DNA of 64,000 nt from Candidatus Micrarchaeota archaeon (GTDB lineage: Archaea; Micrarchaeota; Micrarchaeia; Micrarchaeales; CABMGC01). Shown here in pieces: positions 55,257 through 64,000 of the stretch. The translations under genes were made by a program, and so were the position numbers. Within the stretch, counting starts at the first letter, position 1. Each line of letters begins with the position of its first letter. The stretch lies in contig JAJZJQ010000002.1 in assembly GCA_021851065.1 (NCBI GenBank), positions 4,750-68,749 of the forward strand, given 5' to 3'. The notes under the pieces were generated by a model, which saw only the letters and a list, made by a program, of their open reading frames with translations, searched no databases and was not told the origin of the DNA.

Positions 55257-55610
55257 ATGAAAATAAGCGATCTAAAGGCGGGAGCGAGCGATGTTGAGGT
55301 TGAAGCTACTGTAGTGGAAAAGCAGGAGCCCAGAGAAGTCATAACTAAGTATGGCAAGAGACTTAATGTTGCTAGTGCTACCCTAAAGGACGACACAGGG
55401 ACAATAACCATGTCTCTTTGGGGCAAGGACATAGAGCTTGTAAACCAAGGCGACAGGATAAAGGTCTCCAAGGGATATGTGAGCGAATTCAAGGGGAATC
55501 CGCAGCTCTCAGCCGGGAAATACGGCAAGATAGAAGTTCTTGGCAAGTCAGACATGCCTGCCTCAGGCAGCGAAGACGAAGTCTCGGATCTCGACGAAGA
55601 AGCAGAGTGA
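55257..55610 (+). CDS. ssb: Single-OB-fold ssDNA-binding protein with acidic C-terminal tail
   Basis: MKISDLKAG..DVEVEATVV...R.........VASATLKDDTGTITMSLWG...GD.I....GYVSEFKGNPQLS.GKYG.IEV, followed by the DEVSDLDEEAE tail. Confidence 0.8.
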   Translation: MKISDLKAGASDVEVEATVVEKQEPREVITKYGKRLNVASATLKDDTGTITMSLWGKDIELVNQGDRIKVSKGYVSEFKGNPQLSAGKYGKIEVLGKSDMPASGSEDEVSDLDEEAE

Positions 55611-55625
55611 GGCTCGCCAGCCTCA
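55608..55625 (+). terminator. Stem-loop overlapping the ssb stop codon
   Basis: TGAGGCT-CGCC-AGCCTCA (7-bp stem). Function unproven: archaeal termination usually uses T-tracts and none follows directly. Confidence 0.25.
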
Positions 55626-55760
55626 CGTCCTTGCGCAGGAGCGCATGCCGCATCTACCAATGCAGCCCTGCCTTGAACAGAAAGCATCATGCCCAATGCT
55701 GCTAAACAAGAACTGCCAGCTGCCAAAAGCCCAAAGCCCGGATACGGTATATCCTGCTGT

Positions 55761-56657
55761 TCAATTAATTACCCTTATCAGTTTCTCTAGTTCTGCTTTT
55801 ATCTCATCAGCACGCGCCGCAGCATCCTTATTCGCCTTCGAATCGCGTAGTGGGGCCACAAGAATGCTGCCTGCCCGTGTCAAATATATGTTTTCTATAT
55901 TGCCATACAACCGTCTTGCATCATCACTATTTACCTCGAACATCCCATTCTTTTTTACCAGTATGTACGTATCTTCTAGCGGGACATAGAACCCACCTAC
56001 CATCAAAATGGCACTGCCATCAGAAATATTGCCGTTTGCCAATATTGCAGGCAGGGGGTTAACGCCGGTATAAGCGGGTATTACATTGGAAAGGTAAATT
56101 AAATATTTCCCCTCACTAGTTACTCCCCCCACGAACTGTGTAATATCCTGTTTTACCAGGTTGACTAGAAGCTGCCCATCCCTGTTAATTTCTGTAGCAA
56201 CCCTATCCATCCCCACGTCCCACTTTCCAAACGGGTCTGCAATAAATTCGTTAAGTGTCTTTGCAAGAGCCATAAAGCCGTACAGCTGTGATGCCTCTGT
56301 ATCGACGAGAGTAACTGTTTTTGGTCTTTTGCCCATGGTAACAAGCAATTCTATATTCTGGTTCCCTCCGCCGCATATTCCAATATAAGCATCCATGCCA
56401 TGCGAAGTGATCTCCCTTAGCCTGCGTCCAAATTCCAGACTGTATACCTCATTGCTCCTAGTAAAGTCCCTCAAATACACTGGAGCATCAAGCACGCCTT
56501 CACCTAACGCTACCCTGATCCCACGCCCAGACGGCACACACAGCCTCTCATCCAGCCGCTCAGCACTGCCATCTCCCTTGATATTATCCACTTGAGCCAT
56601 CCACGCTTCCCAAGCTTCTGGACTACGTGCAGGCCTTCTTCTTAAACCCCTTGGCAT
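55761..56657 (-). CDS. Hypothetical protein (possible Rossmann-like core)
   Basis: 298 aa. AYIGICGGGNQNIELL hints at a nucleotide or SAM-binding loop. No family recognised. Confidence 0.45.
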   Translation of the reverse strand: MPRGLRRRPARSPEAWEAWMAQVDNIKGDGSAERLDERLCVPSGRGIRVALGEGVLDAPVYLRDFTRSNEVYSLEFGRRLREITSHGMDAYIGICGGGNQNIELLVTMGKRPKTVTLVDTEASQLYGFMALAKTLNEFIADPFGKWDVGMDRVATEINRDGQLLVNLVKQDITQFVGGVTSEGKYLIYLSNVIPAYTGVNPLPAILANGNISDGSAILMVGGFYVPLEDTYILVKKNGMFEVNSDDARRLYGNIENIYLTRAGSILVAPLRDSKANKDAAARADEIKAELEKLIRVIN

Positions 56658-56832
56658 GTTACCACTGATTAATTAGTGAAATTCTTGATATTAACCTTTT
56701 TCTGGCAGGTTAGACAGCCCCTCATCAAGCTCACAAGATATAAATATCACTGGTTTAATGCCATTCTGATTTGCCTGTGCCTAACCGCAGGACAATTGCC
56801 CATATTGCCTGTCAAGACGGGCTGCAAAGCTG

Positions 56833-58104
56833 CTAGAACTCCACACTGACAGTCTCCCCTACTTTTGGGGCGACAGCATCAAAGCCTTCTCCCTTGAGGT
56901 CTGCAACAAGGGCCGCAGTGCTCTCATCGCTTCCATGCACGCATATTACCTTCTCAGGGCTGCTCTCCCTGATGAACTTGTGCAGGTCAGTCTTGCCTGC
57001 ATGCGCAGAGAAATCGTACACAGAAAAAGGATTATGCACTCTGAATTCCCTGCCGTCTATCTCAAGCGGCTTGCCTTCCATAAGCCTTCTTCCATTCGTG
57101 CCTTCAGCCTGGTAACCTGTAAGGAAAATCTTCGAATTCTTGTTAAGGCGAGTTATATAATCCAGCACAGGCCCTCCATTTAGCATGCCTGATGTGGTGA
57201 GTATAACGCTACCTCCTTCCAGTGCATGCTTCCTGTTGCGCGGATTCTCCACCCACATTGCCTTGTTTATGGCCCCCTTAAGGAGATCGACATTCTTCAC
57301 GTAGTCCGGATACATATCCACTATCTCAGTGGCGGCCTTCGCCATGCCATCGAAGAAAGTTCTCTGTATCAGGCCGAACCTGTTCATGAGCGCAAGCATC
57401 TCCTGCGCCCTGCCCACTGCAAATACCGGCACTAGCGCAATACCGCCGTTGTCCACCACTTCCCTTATCTCATCCACGAACCGTTTCATCATTTCCTCCC
57501 TTGCAGGATGGTCTTTCAGGGCATACGTGGACTCCGTTATCAGTATGTCGCTCTTTACTGCTTCTGCGCCCCACTCCAGCAGCTGTTTCTCCACCTTGAG
57601 GTCTCCGGTATATGCCAGCTTCCTGCCGTTGCCAAGGTTCTCTATCAGCGAGATGGCGCTGCCGCAGATATGCCCGGCATCGTGCATAGATATGCTATAC
57701 TCGCCAAATTCATACTGCTTCCCATATTCGCAAGGGGTGTACCTGTTAAGCATCGATTTCAAATCGTTCCTGTGGAAATGCGGATTCATATGCTTCTTCT
57801 TATGCACTTTTATTGAGTCTTCTATGAGCAACTCGGCTAGCGCCATTGTCGGTTCTGTCGCAAACATTGCAGGAAAGGCATGCCCAAACAGCGACGGCGT
57901 AAAGCCGCTGTGGTCAAGATGCGCATGGCTGAGTATGCACGCATCAACCCTACCTGCATCGCTCGGGTATTCCGTTACACTATCTATCTTTATGCCATAA
58001 TCGAGCAGTATCCTCCTATGGCCTTCAAGCAGAAAGCCAGATCTACCTACTTCTCCGGCGCCGCCAAGGAATTTTATGTCCAATAAACCACTACCAAAAC
58101 GCAT
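56833..58104 (-). CDS. Metallo-beta-lactamase/beta-CASP ribonuclease (aCPSF2-like, no KH domains)
   Basis: HAHLDHSG motif, beta-CASP region and C-terminal motif C (VHGS). About 423 aa from ATG 58104. Confidence 0.85.
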   Translation of the reverse strand: MRFGSGLLDIKFLGGAGEVGRSGFLLEGHRRILLDYGIKIDSVTEYPSDAGRVDACILSHAHLDHSGFTPSLFGHAFPAMFATEPTMALAELLIEDSIKVHKKKHMNPHFHRNDLKSMLNRYTPCEYGKQYEFGEYSISMHDAGHICGSAISLIENLGNGRKLAYTGDLKVEKQLLEWGAEAVKSDILITESTYALKDHPAREEMMKRFVDEIREVVDNGGIALVPVFAVGRAQEMLALMNRFGLIQRTFFDGMAKAATEIVDMYPDYVKNVDLLKGAINKAMWVENPRNRKHALEGGSVILTTSGMLNGGPVLDYITRLNKNSKIFLTGYQAEGTNGRRLMEGKPLEIDGREFRVHNPFSVYDFSAHAGKTDLHKFIRESSPEKVICVHGSDESTAALVADLKGEGFDAVAPKVGETVSVEF

Positions 58105-58149
58105 AACTGTTGCAAACAATGTTTTTATTAATTATCCTTCAATAATCTC

Positions 58150-58887
58150 TTGACCAGTATGCCCGACGAAGTCACATTCATGGACCTTGCCACGCTCTCG
58201 CGCATAACCCCAGAAACCACGCTAGAGAAACTGGGCAGCGCGATAAATGCAAGCATCTACGATGCATCCAATATAGCCGGATCGCTAAAACAGAAGGGGC
58301 TTATAGATTTCTCTGCATACTATCCGGGCCCAACGACAGTCACCATAACTGACAGTGGAAAGGCGCTCCTCGCAGAAGCGCAAGCCAAGGCAACAGAACC
58401 ATTCGACAACCTGGATAGCGAGATATTGATGCAGCTTTCAGGCGGCAAGCGGATTCCCATAGACCTTCAGAACTCCCTAAATCTACGCCCAAGGGACCTC
58501 GCGCTAAGGCTATCAAAACTCTCAAAGCAGGGGTTCCTCTCGTATAACCTGAAGAGCGGAGGCGCGGACATATCTCTCACCGAGGCAGGTTTCCTTAAGG
58601 CCAAGACGTCAGGAATACCAATCCCCCAGCCTCCTACAGCCACGCAGCCCAACACAACTTCATTTAAGCCACAGCAGCCTGCCTTGCAGCAGCCTGCTCC
58701 TGTCGCTACGCCACAACAGCAACTGCAGAGCCCGGCCCAGCCCCAGCAGCCCCAGGCACAACCGCAAACAAATCTCAAGACACATCCAGGCCTTGGCATG
58801 CCTGCCAAGATCCTAATAATAATGTTACTGGCAGCTGCAGTCCTGCTCCTTGGCTACGGCCTTGGGGTCCTGCCCAGGGGAATATGA
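58150..58887 (+). CDS. Membrane-anchored protein with two wH-like modules and a Q/P-rich linker, hypothetical
   Basis: Repeated ...LKQKGLIDFS... and ...LSKQGFLSYN... modules, a PQQP/QPQ low-complexity region, and a C-terminal TM ILIIMLLAAAVLLLGYGLGVL. Confidence 0.45.
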   Translation: MTSMPDEVTFMDLATLSRITPETTLEKLGSAINASIYDASNIAGSLKQKGLIDFSAYYPGPTTVTITDSGKALLAEAQAKATEPFDNLDSEILMQLSGGKRIPIDLQNSLNLRPRDLALRLSKLSKQGFLSYNLKSGGADISLTEAGFLKAKTSGIPIPQPPTATQPNTTSFKPQQPALQQPAPVATPQQQLQSPAQPQQPQAQPQTNLKTHPGLGMPAKILIIMLLAAAVLLLGYGLGVLPRGI

Positions 58888-59504
58888 TGGAGCTACTCGA
58901 CTATTTCGATGGAAAGAGGCTCCTTGACAAGCATGGCATAAAGAGCGTCGAGAGCAGGTACGTATCCTCGGCACAAGATGCCGTGGCATTTGCCGCAGCC
59001 TCCCCGATAGTCCTCAAGCTCATCTCGGGAAAGGCACTGCACAAGTCCAAAGCAGGCCTTGTAAAGCTGGATCTCAAGGGGCCTGACATAAGCAAAGCCT
59101 ATTCCGAGCTGGTTTCAAAGGGCAGGCTGCTTAAACCATACCGCATTATAGCCCAGAAGATGGCAAAAAATGGCGTCGAGATAATCATAGGCGGGCGCAC
59201 CGACGAGCAGTTTGGGAAACTGATACTCATAGGTCTTGGGGGCATTTACGTAAATATCTTCAAGGATTTTGCCCTTAGGGTGTGCCCAATAAAACAGGAA
59301 GATGCACAGGAGATGATTGACCAGCTTAAGTCGCGCGACATAGTCACCTTCGGCGGAAAGAACAGGAAGATTCTCGTGAAGCTGCTCATGGATGTCAACT
59401 CGCTGCTGGTTGAAAACCGCAGCATATCAGAGCTGGACCTGAATCCTGTGGTGGCCCGGGCAGACGGATATGTGGCAGTAGACATACGGATGCTTATGCA
59501 GTGA
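58884..59504 (+). CDS. acdB: ADP-forming acetyl-CoA synthetase, beta (ATP-grasp) subunit
   Basis: LLDKHGIKSVESRYV..PIVLKLIS....HKSKAGLVKLDL. ATP-grasp_5-like. 206 aa. Confidence 0.8.
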   Translation: MMELLDYFDGKRLLDKHGIKSVESRYVSSAQDAVAFAAASPIVLKLISGKALHKSKAGLVKLDLKGPDISKAYSELVSKGRLLKPYRIIAQKMAKNGVEIIIGGRTDEQFGKLILIGLGGIYVNIFKDFALRVCPIKQEDAQEMIDQLKSRDIVTFGGKNRKILVKLLMDVNSLLVENRSISELDLNPVVARADGYVAVDIRMLMQ

Positions 59505-60895
59505 TTTTAATGAAAAAGATGGATCTTACTCCAATGCTCAAGCCAAAATCAGTGGCCATAATAGGCGCATCCAGGGATCCTGACAAAGTGGGCCATGTTA
59601 TATTGCAGAACTACATAAATGCCGGATACTCGGGCAGGCTTTATGCGGTAAACAAGAACGCAGACGCAGACATAATGGGCGTCAAGACCGTCCGCAGCAT
59701 ACTTGATATAAAGGAAAAAATAGACCTTGCAGTGGTGGCAATACCTGCCCAGTACGTACCAATGGCCCTTGAGGAATGCGGCAGATCGGGAGCAAAGACA
59801 GCCGTTGTTGTAAGCGGCGGATTTGCCGAAATAGGCAACACAAAGCTGCAGGAAGATCTTGTCAGCGTCGCCGAGAAATACGGCATGCCCACCCTCGGCC
59901 CAAATTGCCTGGGGGTCATGGATCCGCGCTCGCGCATAGACACCTTATTTCTCCCCACCTACAAGCTCAGCAGGCCTGAAGTCGGCGGGGTAAGCTTCGT
60001 GTGCCAGAGCGGGGCCGTAGGCAGCACGGTGCTCGACCTAATCTCAGGGGAAGGGTTCGGGCTTTCCAAGTTCATATCCTATGGCAATGCGGCCCACGTA
60101 GACGAGGTCGATATACTCAACTACCTCATGGACGACGAGGAGACCAAGGTCGTGATAATGTATGTTGAAGGGATAAAGCGCGGAAAGGAATTCATAGAGA
60201 TTGCAAGGAAGATAACAAAGAAAAAGCCCGTGGTGGTGCTCAAAGCAGGCAGGACAGCGGCAGGCTCCGCGGCTGCGCATTCACACACTGCTGCTCTTGC
60301 AGGGAGCTACGAAGCCCACGAAGCGCTGTTCAGGCAGTACGGTTTCACCATTGCTGACGACCTAAGCGACCTGCTCAATTACGCCAAGATACTCGACTCC
60401 TGCGATTTCCCTAAAGGGAACAGGGTTGCCATAATTACCAACGGAGGCGGAACCGGGGTCCTCAGCGCGGATGCAATCGGCATCACGGAATCGCTGCAGC
60501 TTGCCGAGTTCTCCCCAAGCATAGCATCTTCCCTCAGGAAGCAGCTGCCTCCGCTTGTCAACATCCGCATACCTCTTGATCTTGCAGGAGATGCAGACGA
60601 CAAAAGATACGAGATCGCACTCAACGCAGTCACCTCAGACAGCAATATAGATATGGTGCTTGCAATAGTGCTGTTCCAGACTCCTGGAGCAGATTCAAAG
60701 CTGGCTGCCAAGCTGGTGAGCCTAAAGGAGCGCATGAACAAGCCTCTCATCGTGCTGTCTGTAGGTGCAGAATACACCGCCATGCACACTAAGATGATGG
60801 AGAGCGCAGGCCTGCCTGTCTACGAATCTCCCACGGCTGCTGTAAGGTCGCTTGCAGCGCTGCTCAAATACGCCAGATACAGGGGCATGAAGTAG
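59501..60895 (+). CDS. acdA: ADP-forming acetyl-CoA synthetase, alpha subunit (CoA-binding plus ligase-CoA domains)
   Basis: PKSVAIIGASRDPDKVGHVILQN, GPNCLGVM, and phosphohistidine region AAHSHTAALAG. Confidence 0.85.
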   Translation: MILMKKMDLTPMLKPKSVAIIGASRDPDKVGHVILQNYINAGYSGRLYAVNKNADADIMGVKTVRSILDIKEKIDLAVVAIPAQYVPMALEECGRSGAKTAVVVSGGFAEIGNTKLQEDLVSVAEKYGMPTLGPNCLGVMDPRSRIDTLFLPTYKLSRPEVGGVSFVCQSGAVGSTVLDLISGEGFGLSKFISYGNAAHVDEVDILNYLMDDEETKVVIMYVEGIKRGKEFIEIARKITKKKPVVVLKAGRTAAGSAAAHSHTAALAGSYEAHEALFRQYGFTIADDLSDLLNYAKILDSCDFPKGNRVAIITNGGGTGVLSADAIGITESLQLAEFSPSIASSLRKQLPPLVNIRIPLDLAGDADDKRYEIALNAVTSDSNIDMVLAIVLFQTPGADSKLAAKLVSLKERMNKPLIVLSVGAEYTAMHTKMMESAGLPVYESPTAAVRSLAALLKYARYRGMK

Positions 60896-60897
60896 CA

Positions 60898-62094
60898 CTA
60901 CTTAAGCAGCTCTTCCATAACCTTTTTCACTATCTTGTCCTTGCCCATGTCCGAGCCGAGCATCTCAAGCAGGTCAACCGGGCCAACGCGCCCTGTGTCG
61001 ACTCCCTGCTGCTTAAGGTTCTCAAGGAAGATCCCCATCCCTATGTCCTTGACCGACATCTTTTCGAAAGTCACTTTCCCCTGTGCAGATGCAGCGCGCA
61101 AAGACTCCTCCTCGATACCTGCTCTTGATATCTCCACTACAGCCTTGCCGTCGTATTTCCTTGGCATGTCGTTTAGGTATGTCTCAATGCTCGAGCCGCG
61201 CGGCACCTTCCCCTCCATGACAACCCTTATGACAGGCCTGTCGTTCGAGGCATTAATCATGCTCTCTATTCCCTCCTCTACCGCAGAGACTATTGTGCCT
61301 TCACCAAGCTTGCTCACATCAACCTTCTGCAGCACGAACCTCCTCGAGTTTATCTTTACGTGTTCGTATGCTCCAGACTTGGTGTCATATACGTAGAATC
61401 CCTTTCTCTCCTGTTCGGTCTCCCTTAGCTGCGTAAGCACAGTGCTGCCAGGTATCAGCAGCTTCTTTCCGTGCACATTGCCTTCCACCCTGCCGTGTAT
61501 GTGGCCGCACACGTAGAGATCGAAGCCTCCCGGCAGTTCCTCCATTCGCATGAACTGCTCGTTGAATGGCAGCAATTCGTAGAGGGATTCGTGGAACATG
61601 AATACATTGAACACGCCCTCAAGCGGTCTGGGATTCTGTTCAGATACTACCTGCCCAAAGCGCTCGTCAGCAATGCCCCCTATGCCGCGTACGGCAACGC
61701 GCTCGCCCCCTGCTTCTATGACAGCTGTTGCGTTGCTGGCGTCTACGAGCAGTCCGGCGAGACCGAGCAGGTCCACCGGATCAGCGTCATCCTGCGCCCT
61801 CCTCTCATGGGTTCCGGGTATCGCTATTATCGGCACATCTGTGTAATGCGATCCGTCACCAACGAAATCCACCACACGTGCATTCCACTTCCTCCTAGAG
61901 AGGTTCCTGAATAGGTTTATCGCCTCAGCTATAACATCTGGCCTTGGTGTTCTGCCATCGAATATATCTCCTGGTATGAGCATTGCATCTGCAAGCTCTG
62001 CAGCCCTGCCAAGAGCCTCTTCGGCCTGCCTGAAAGCATCCTCCCTGAATCTCTCGTATCCAAGATGAAAGTCCGAGAGTATGGCTATCCTCAC
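60898..62094 (-). CDS. mre11: Mre11-like DNA double-strand break repair nuclease (calcineurin-like phosphoesterase)
   Basis: Motifs SDFHLG, GDIFD, GTHE (usual GNHD), MFHE, GHIHGR. 398 aa. GTG start overlaps the orc1/cdc6 stop (GTGA). Confidence 0.75.
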   Translation of the reverse strand: MRIAILSDFHLGYERFREDAFRQAEEALGRAAELADAMLIPGDIFDGRTPRPDVIAEAINLFRNLSRRKWNARVVDFVGDGSHYTDVPIIAIPGTHERRAQDDADPVDLLGLAGLLVDASNATAVIEAGGERVAVRGIGGIADERFGQVVSEQNPRPLEGVFNVFMFHESLYELLPFNEQFMRMEELPGGFDLYVCGHIHGRVEGNVHGKKLLIPGSTVLTQLRETEQERKGFYVYDTKSGAYEHVKINSRRFVLQKVDVSKLGEGTIVSAVEEGIESMINASNDRPVIRVVMEGKVPRGSSIETYLNDMPRKYDGKAVVEISRAGIEEESLRAASAQGKVTFEKMSVKDIGMGIFLENLKQQGVDTGRVGPVDLLEMLGSDMGKDKIVKKVMEELLK

Positions 62095-63293
62095 AGTTCC
62101 GCCTCCTTGGCGAGCGTCTTCTCTATTGTATCTTTTATCTTTTCCGGAAGATACGAGAGCTTTACCAGTTTTGTATGCCCGCGCACACCTTTTCCTGATT
62201 CATACGAGACTATTATGCCCTGCATGTCCAGATCCACCATATACTTCCTGTACCACCTGGAGCTCTTCGGCTCCCTGTGCAGGGAATTCGCTATGGCAAC
62301 ATACTTGTCGTAAATGTCCCCGCTGAAAAGGTAAGTGTCACCTCCATCGCTGAGCCTCTTGTATCTGCTGCCCTGCAGCGACAGCAGGGCTATCGCATAG
62401 ACGATGAGCTTCTGGTGCTCGGGCAGTGTATTTATGAGCTCGTAAGCTATGTCCTCCTCTGCGAACCTGGCTGCCTCTCCAACCTGGTCTGGCCCGACCA
62501 TTTCACCTCCCTTCTCCTCTGTTATTTCTCCCGCCTTGGTAAGTATCTTCAGCGCAAGCCTGGCATCCCCGCTATCCTTGGCAGCAAGTGCCGATGCAAG
62601 GTTTATCGCAGCCTGGTCTACCACTCCCTTCCTGAACCCGCTCTCAACACGCTCCTTAAGTATCTGCGCAAGCTCGTTGGAGTTGTATGGCGGGAACACA
62701 AGCTCGTTCTCATACAACGTCGAAAGGCTTCTCGGATCGAGATTCTCCTTGAAGCTAACATTATTGGATATGCCAAGTATGGTTATGCCCCCGGATTTTA
62801 TGTCGCTATTGGCCCTTGTGAGCGTGTATACAAGATCGTCAAGATCCTTCACGACATCTATCTCGTCAAGTGCCACAACCAGCACCTTCCCATCCTCCTC
62901 TATCCATCCTATTATCTTCTCGTATATGTCGACCATCCCAAAGCCGCGCTTGGCATACAGGGGAAGGTAGTCGCTCACTATCTTCTGCAGAACCCTGTAC
63001 CTGGAGTTGTATATCCTGCAGTTTATGTAGGATATGCGGGCTTTTGACACAGGCAGGTTCCTGACGCGCTCTATAACATTCTTAACGCACGAAGTCTTTC
63101 CTGTACCAGTCTTGCCATATACGAATATGTTGCGCCCCCTGTCCCCCCTGAGCGAGGGCGTGAGGAACTTGGCAATTTCCTGTATCTGCCTGTCCCTGAA
63201 GATTAGATTATGGGGCATATAATGCGGTGAGAGCACCTCGCGGTTTGAGAAGATCTTTGATTCCTTGAACATGTCCTCGAAGGGTTCTCCCAC
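62091..63293 (-). CDS. cdc6: Orc1/Cdc6 replication initiator
   Basis: Walker A YGKTGTGKTS, Walker B LVVALDEID, sensor regions and a C-terminal winged helix. 400 aa. Confidence 0.93.
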   Translation of the reverse strand: MGEPFEDMFKESKIFSNREVLSPHYMPHNLIFRDRQIQEIAKFLTPSLRGDRGRNIFVYGKTGTGKTSCVKNVIERVRNLPVSKARISYINCRIYNSRYRVLQKIVSDYLPLYAKRGFGMVDIYEKIIGWIEEDGKVLVVALDEIDVVKDLDDLVYTLTRANSDIKSGGITILGISNNVSFKENLDPRSLSTLYENELVFPPYNSNELAQILKERVESGFRKGVVDQAAINLASALAAKDSGDARLALKILTKAGEITEEKGGEMVGPDQVGEAARFAEEDIAYELINTLPEHQKLIVYAIALLSLQGSRYKRLSDGGDTYLFSGDIYDKYVAIANSLHREPKSSRWYRKYMVDLDMQGIIVSYESGKGVRGHTKLVKLSYLPEKIKDTIEKTLAKEAEL

Positions 63294-63306
63294 ATCACCA
63301 CCGCGC

Positions 63307-64000
63307 CTAACCAGTTATTCTCTTAAGTATACTTATAAACTCTTCTCTTATCTTTCCGTCCTCGTTGACTGGTATCTTGTTAGCATCGCTCAGCTCACCC
63401 AATTTCTCGTCCAGGCTGATGGTGCCAAGCACATCGCATCCAAGCGCATCGGCAACCTGCTTTGCTCCAGTCGGGGTTCCCCTGGACATATTTTCCACTA
63501 CTCCAAGCACTGCAACTCCAAGCCTCTTTGCCATCATCCCAGATCTTATCGTATTGACTGAGGCTATGCGCTGGGGCGTAGTGACCAGTACGAAGCCGTC
63601 AAGGTCCAGAAGCTGGATTATGGAGAGCGGCGCATCGCTAGTGCCTGGCGATAAGTCTATTATCAGGTAATCAAGCTCTCCCCACTGGGCATTCTCAAGG
63701 AATTCCCTAACCATCTTGCCTACCAGCGGCCCTCTCCATATAATCGGCTTCTTCTCATCATCCACATACATCGCAGTCGACAGCACCTTTATGCCGTCCT
63801 TCTCATAAGGCTTCAGGGGGTACTCGTCAGAGAATGTGCCGCTAATGCCAAGGAACAGGGCGACATTCGGGCAGTCTATGTCTGCATCAAGCAGTCCTAC
63901 CTTGTAGCCCATATTCCTGAGCGTGTACGCTGTATTAACTGCCACTGTTGTCTTCCCAACGCCTCCCTTGGCGCTGTATATGCCTATCTTGTGCTTTATG
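63307..64000 (-). CDS. Mrp/NBP35 (ApbC-like) iron-sulfur cluster carrier ATPase, 5' end beyond the window
   Basis: Frame is open to nt 64000. Deviant Walker A KGGVGKTT lies at the window edge, followed by LLDADIDCPN and DYLIIDLSPGTSD. Confidence 0.85.
   Translation of the reverse strand, partial: IKHKIGIYSAKGGVGKTTVAVNTAYTLRNMGYKVGLLDADIDCPNVALFLGISGTFSDEYPLKPYEKDGIKVLSTAMYVDDEKKPIIWRGPLVGKMVREFLENAQWGELDYLIIDLSPGTSDAPLSIIQLLDLDGFVLVTTPQRIASVNTIRSGMMAKRLGVAVLGVVENMSRGTPTGAKQVADALGCDVLGTISLDEKLGELSDANKIPVNEDGKIREEFISILKRITG

Noticed and set aside
63294-63306. Replication origin immediately upstream of orc1/cdc6
   Set aside because: Only 13 bp separate orc1/cdc6 from the upstream Mrp-like gene, which leaves no room for ORB elements or an unwinding region.
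1-64000. CRISPR arrays, rRNA genes, SRP/RNase P RNA, C/D box sRNAs
   Set aside because: No regularly spaced direct repeats, no rRNA-like conserved stretches, and no convincing RUGAUGA...CUGA box pairs in intergenic gaps were seen by eye. Small ncRNAs cannot be excluded without covariance searches.

Overview
This 64 kb window looks like a gene-dense archaeal chromosome segment (about 90% coding, many 4-nt start/stop overlaps). The gene content suggests a small-genome DPANN/Micrarchaeota (ARMAN-like) organism. That inference rests on archaeal information-processing genes (RpoD/RpoN, uS2/uS9/uL13/eL18/eL42, aIF2-alpha, TFE, GINS, Orc1/Cdc6, RadA, Mre11, RNase P proteins, prefoldin) sitting next to bacterial-type gyrase and grpE-dnaK-dnaJ, plus a long three-unit tRNA splicing endonuclease. 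I call six tRNAs, all on the minus strand: Pro-like, Leu-GAG, Glu-UUC, Gly-CCC, initiator Met and Lys-CUU. Two of them carry introns. Gly has a canonical 37/38 intron. The Pro-like tRNA has a 21-nt intron in the T-loop (59/60) that folds into a textbook helix-bulge-helix-bulge-helix. The main accessory signal is a visibly lower-GC island of about 5.5 kb (about 20.4-25.9 kb) next to tRNA-Glu. Four or five same-orientation repeats of about 45 nt, derived from the tRNA 3' end, split it into one- or two-gene cassettes. The cassettes hold two SAM methyltransferases, a COG1373 ATPase, an RHH antitoxin with a frameshifted RelE-like remnant, and small membrane or secreted proteins. No recombinase is visible. 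Other leads: an ORB-like 14-bp inverted repeat flanking an AT-rich stretch beside the GINS gene (candidate origin); a DUF929 (CxxC) plus CxC membrane protein pair; a small wHTH gene at the head of the dnaK operon; a glyA-dcd-dut-thyX thymidylate cluster with a double-length ThyX; and an orc1/cdc6-mre11 overlap without rad50. No CRISPR array, rRNA or intact transposase/integrase was seen. All calls come from reading the ORF translations and the sequence by eye. No database search was run, and GC statements are visual estimates.
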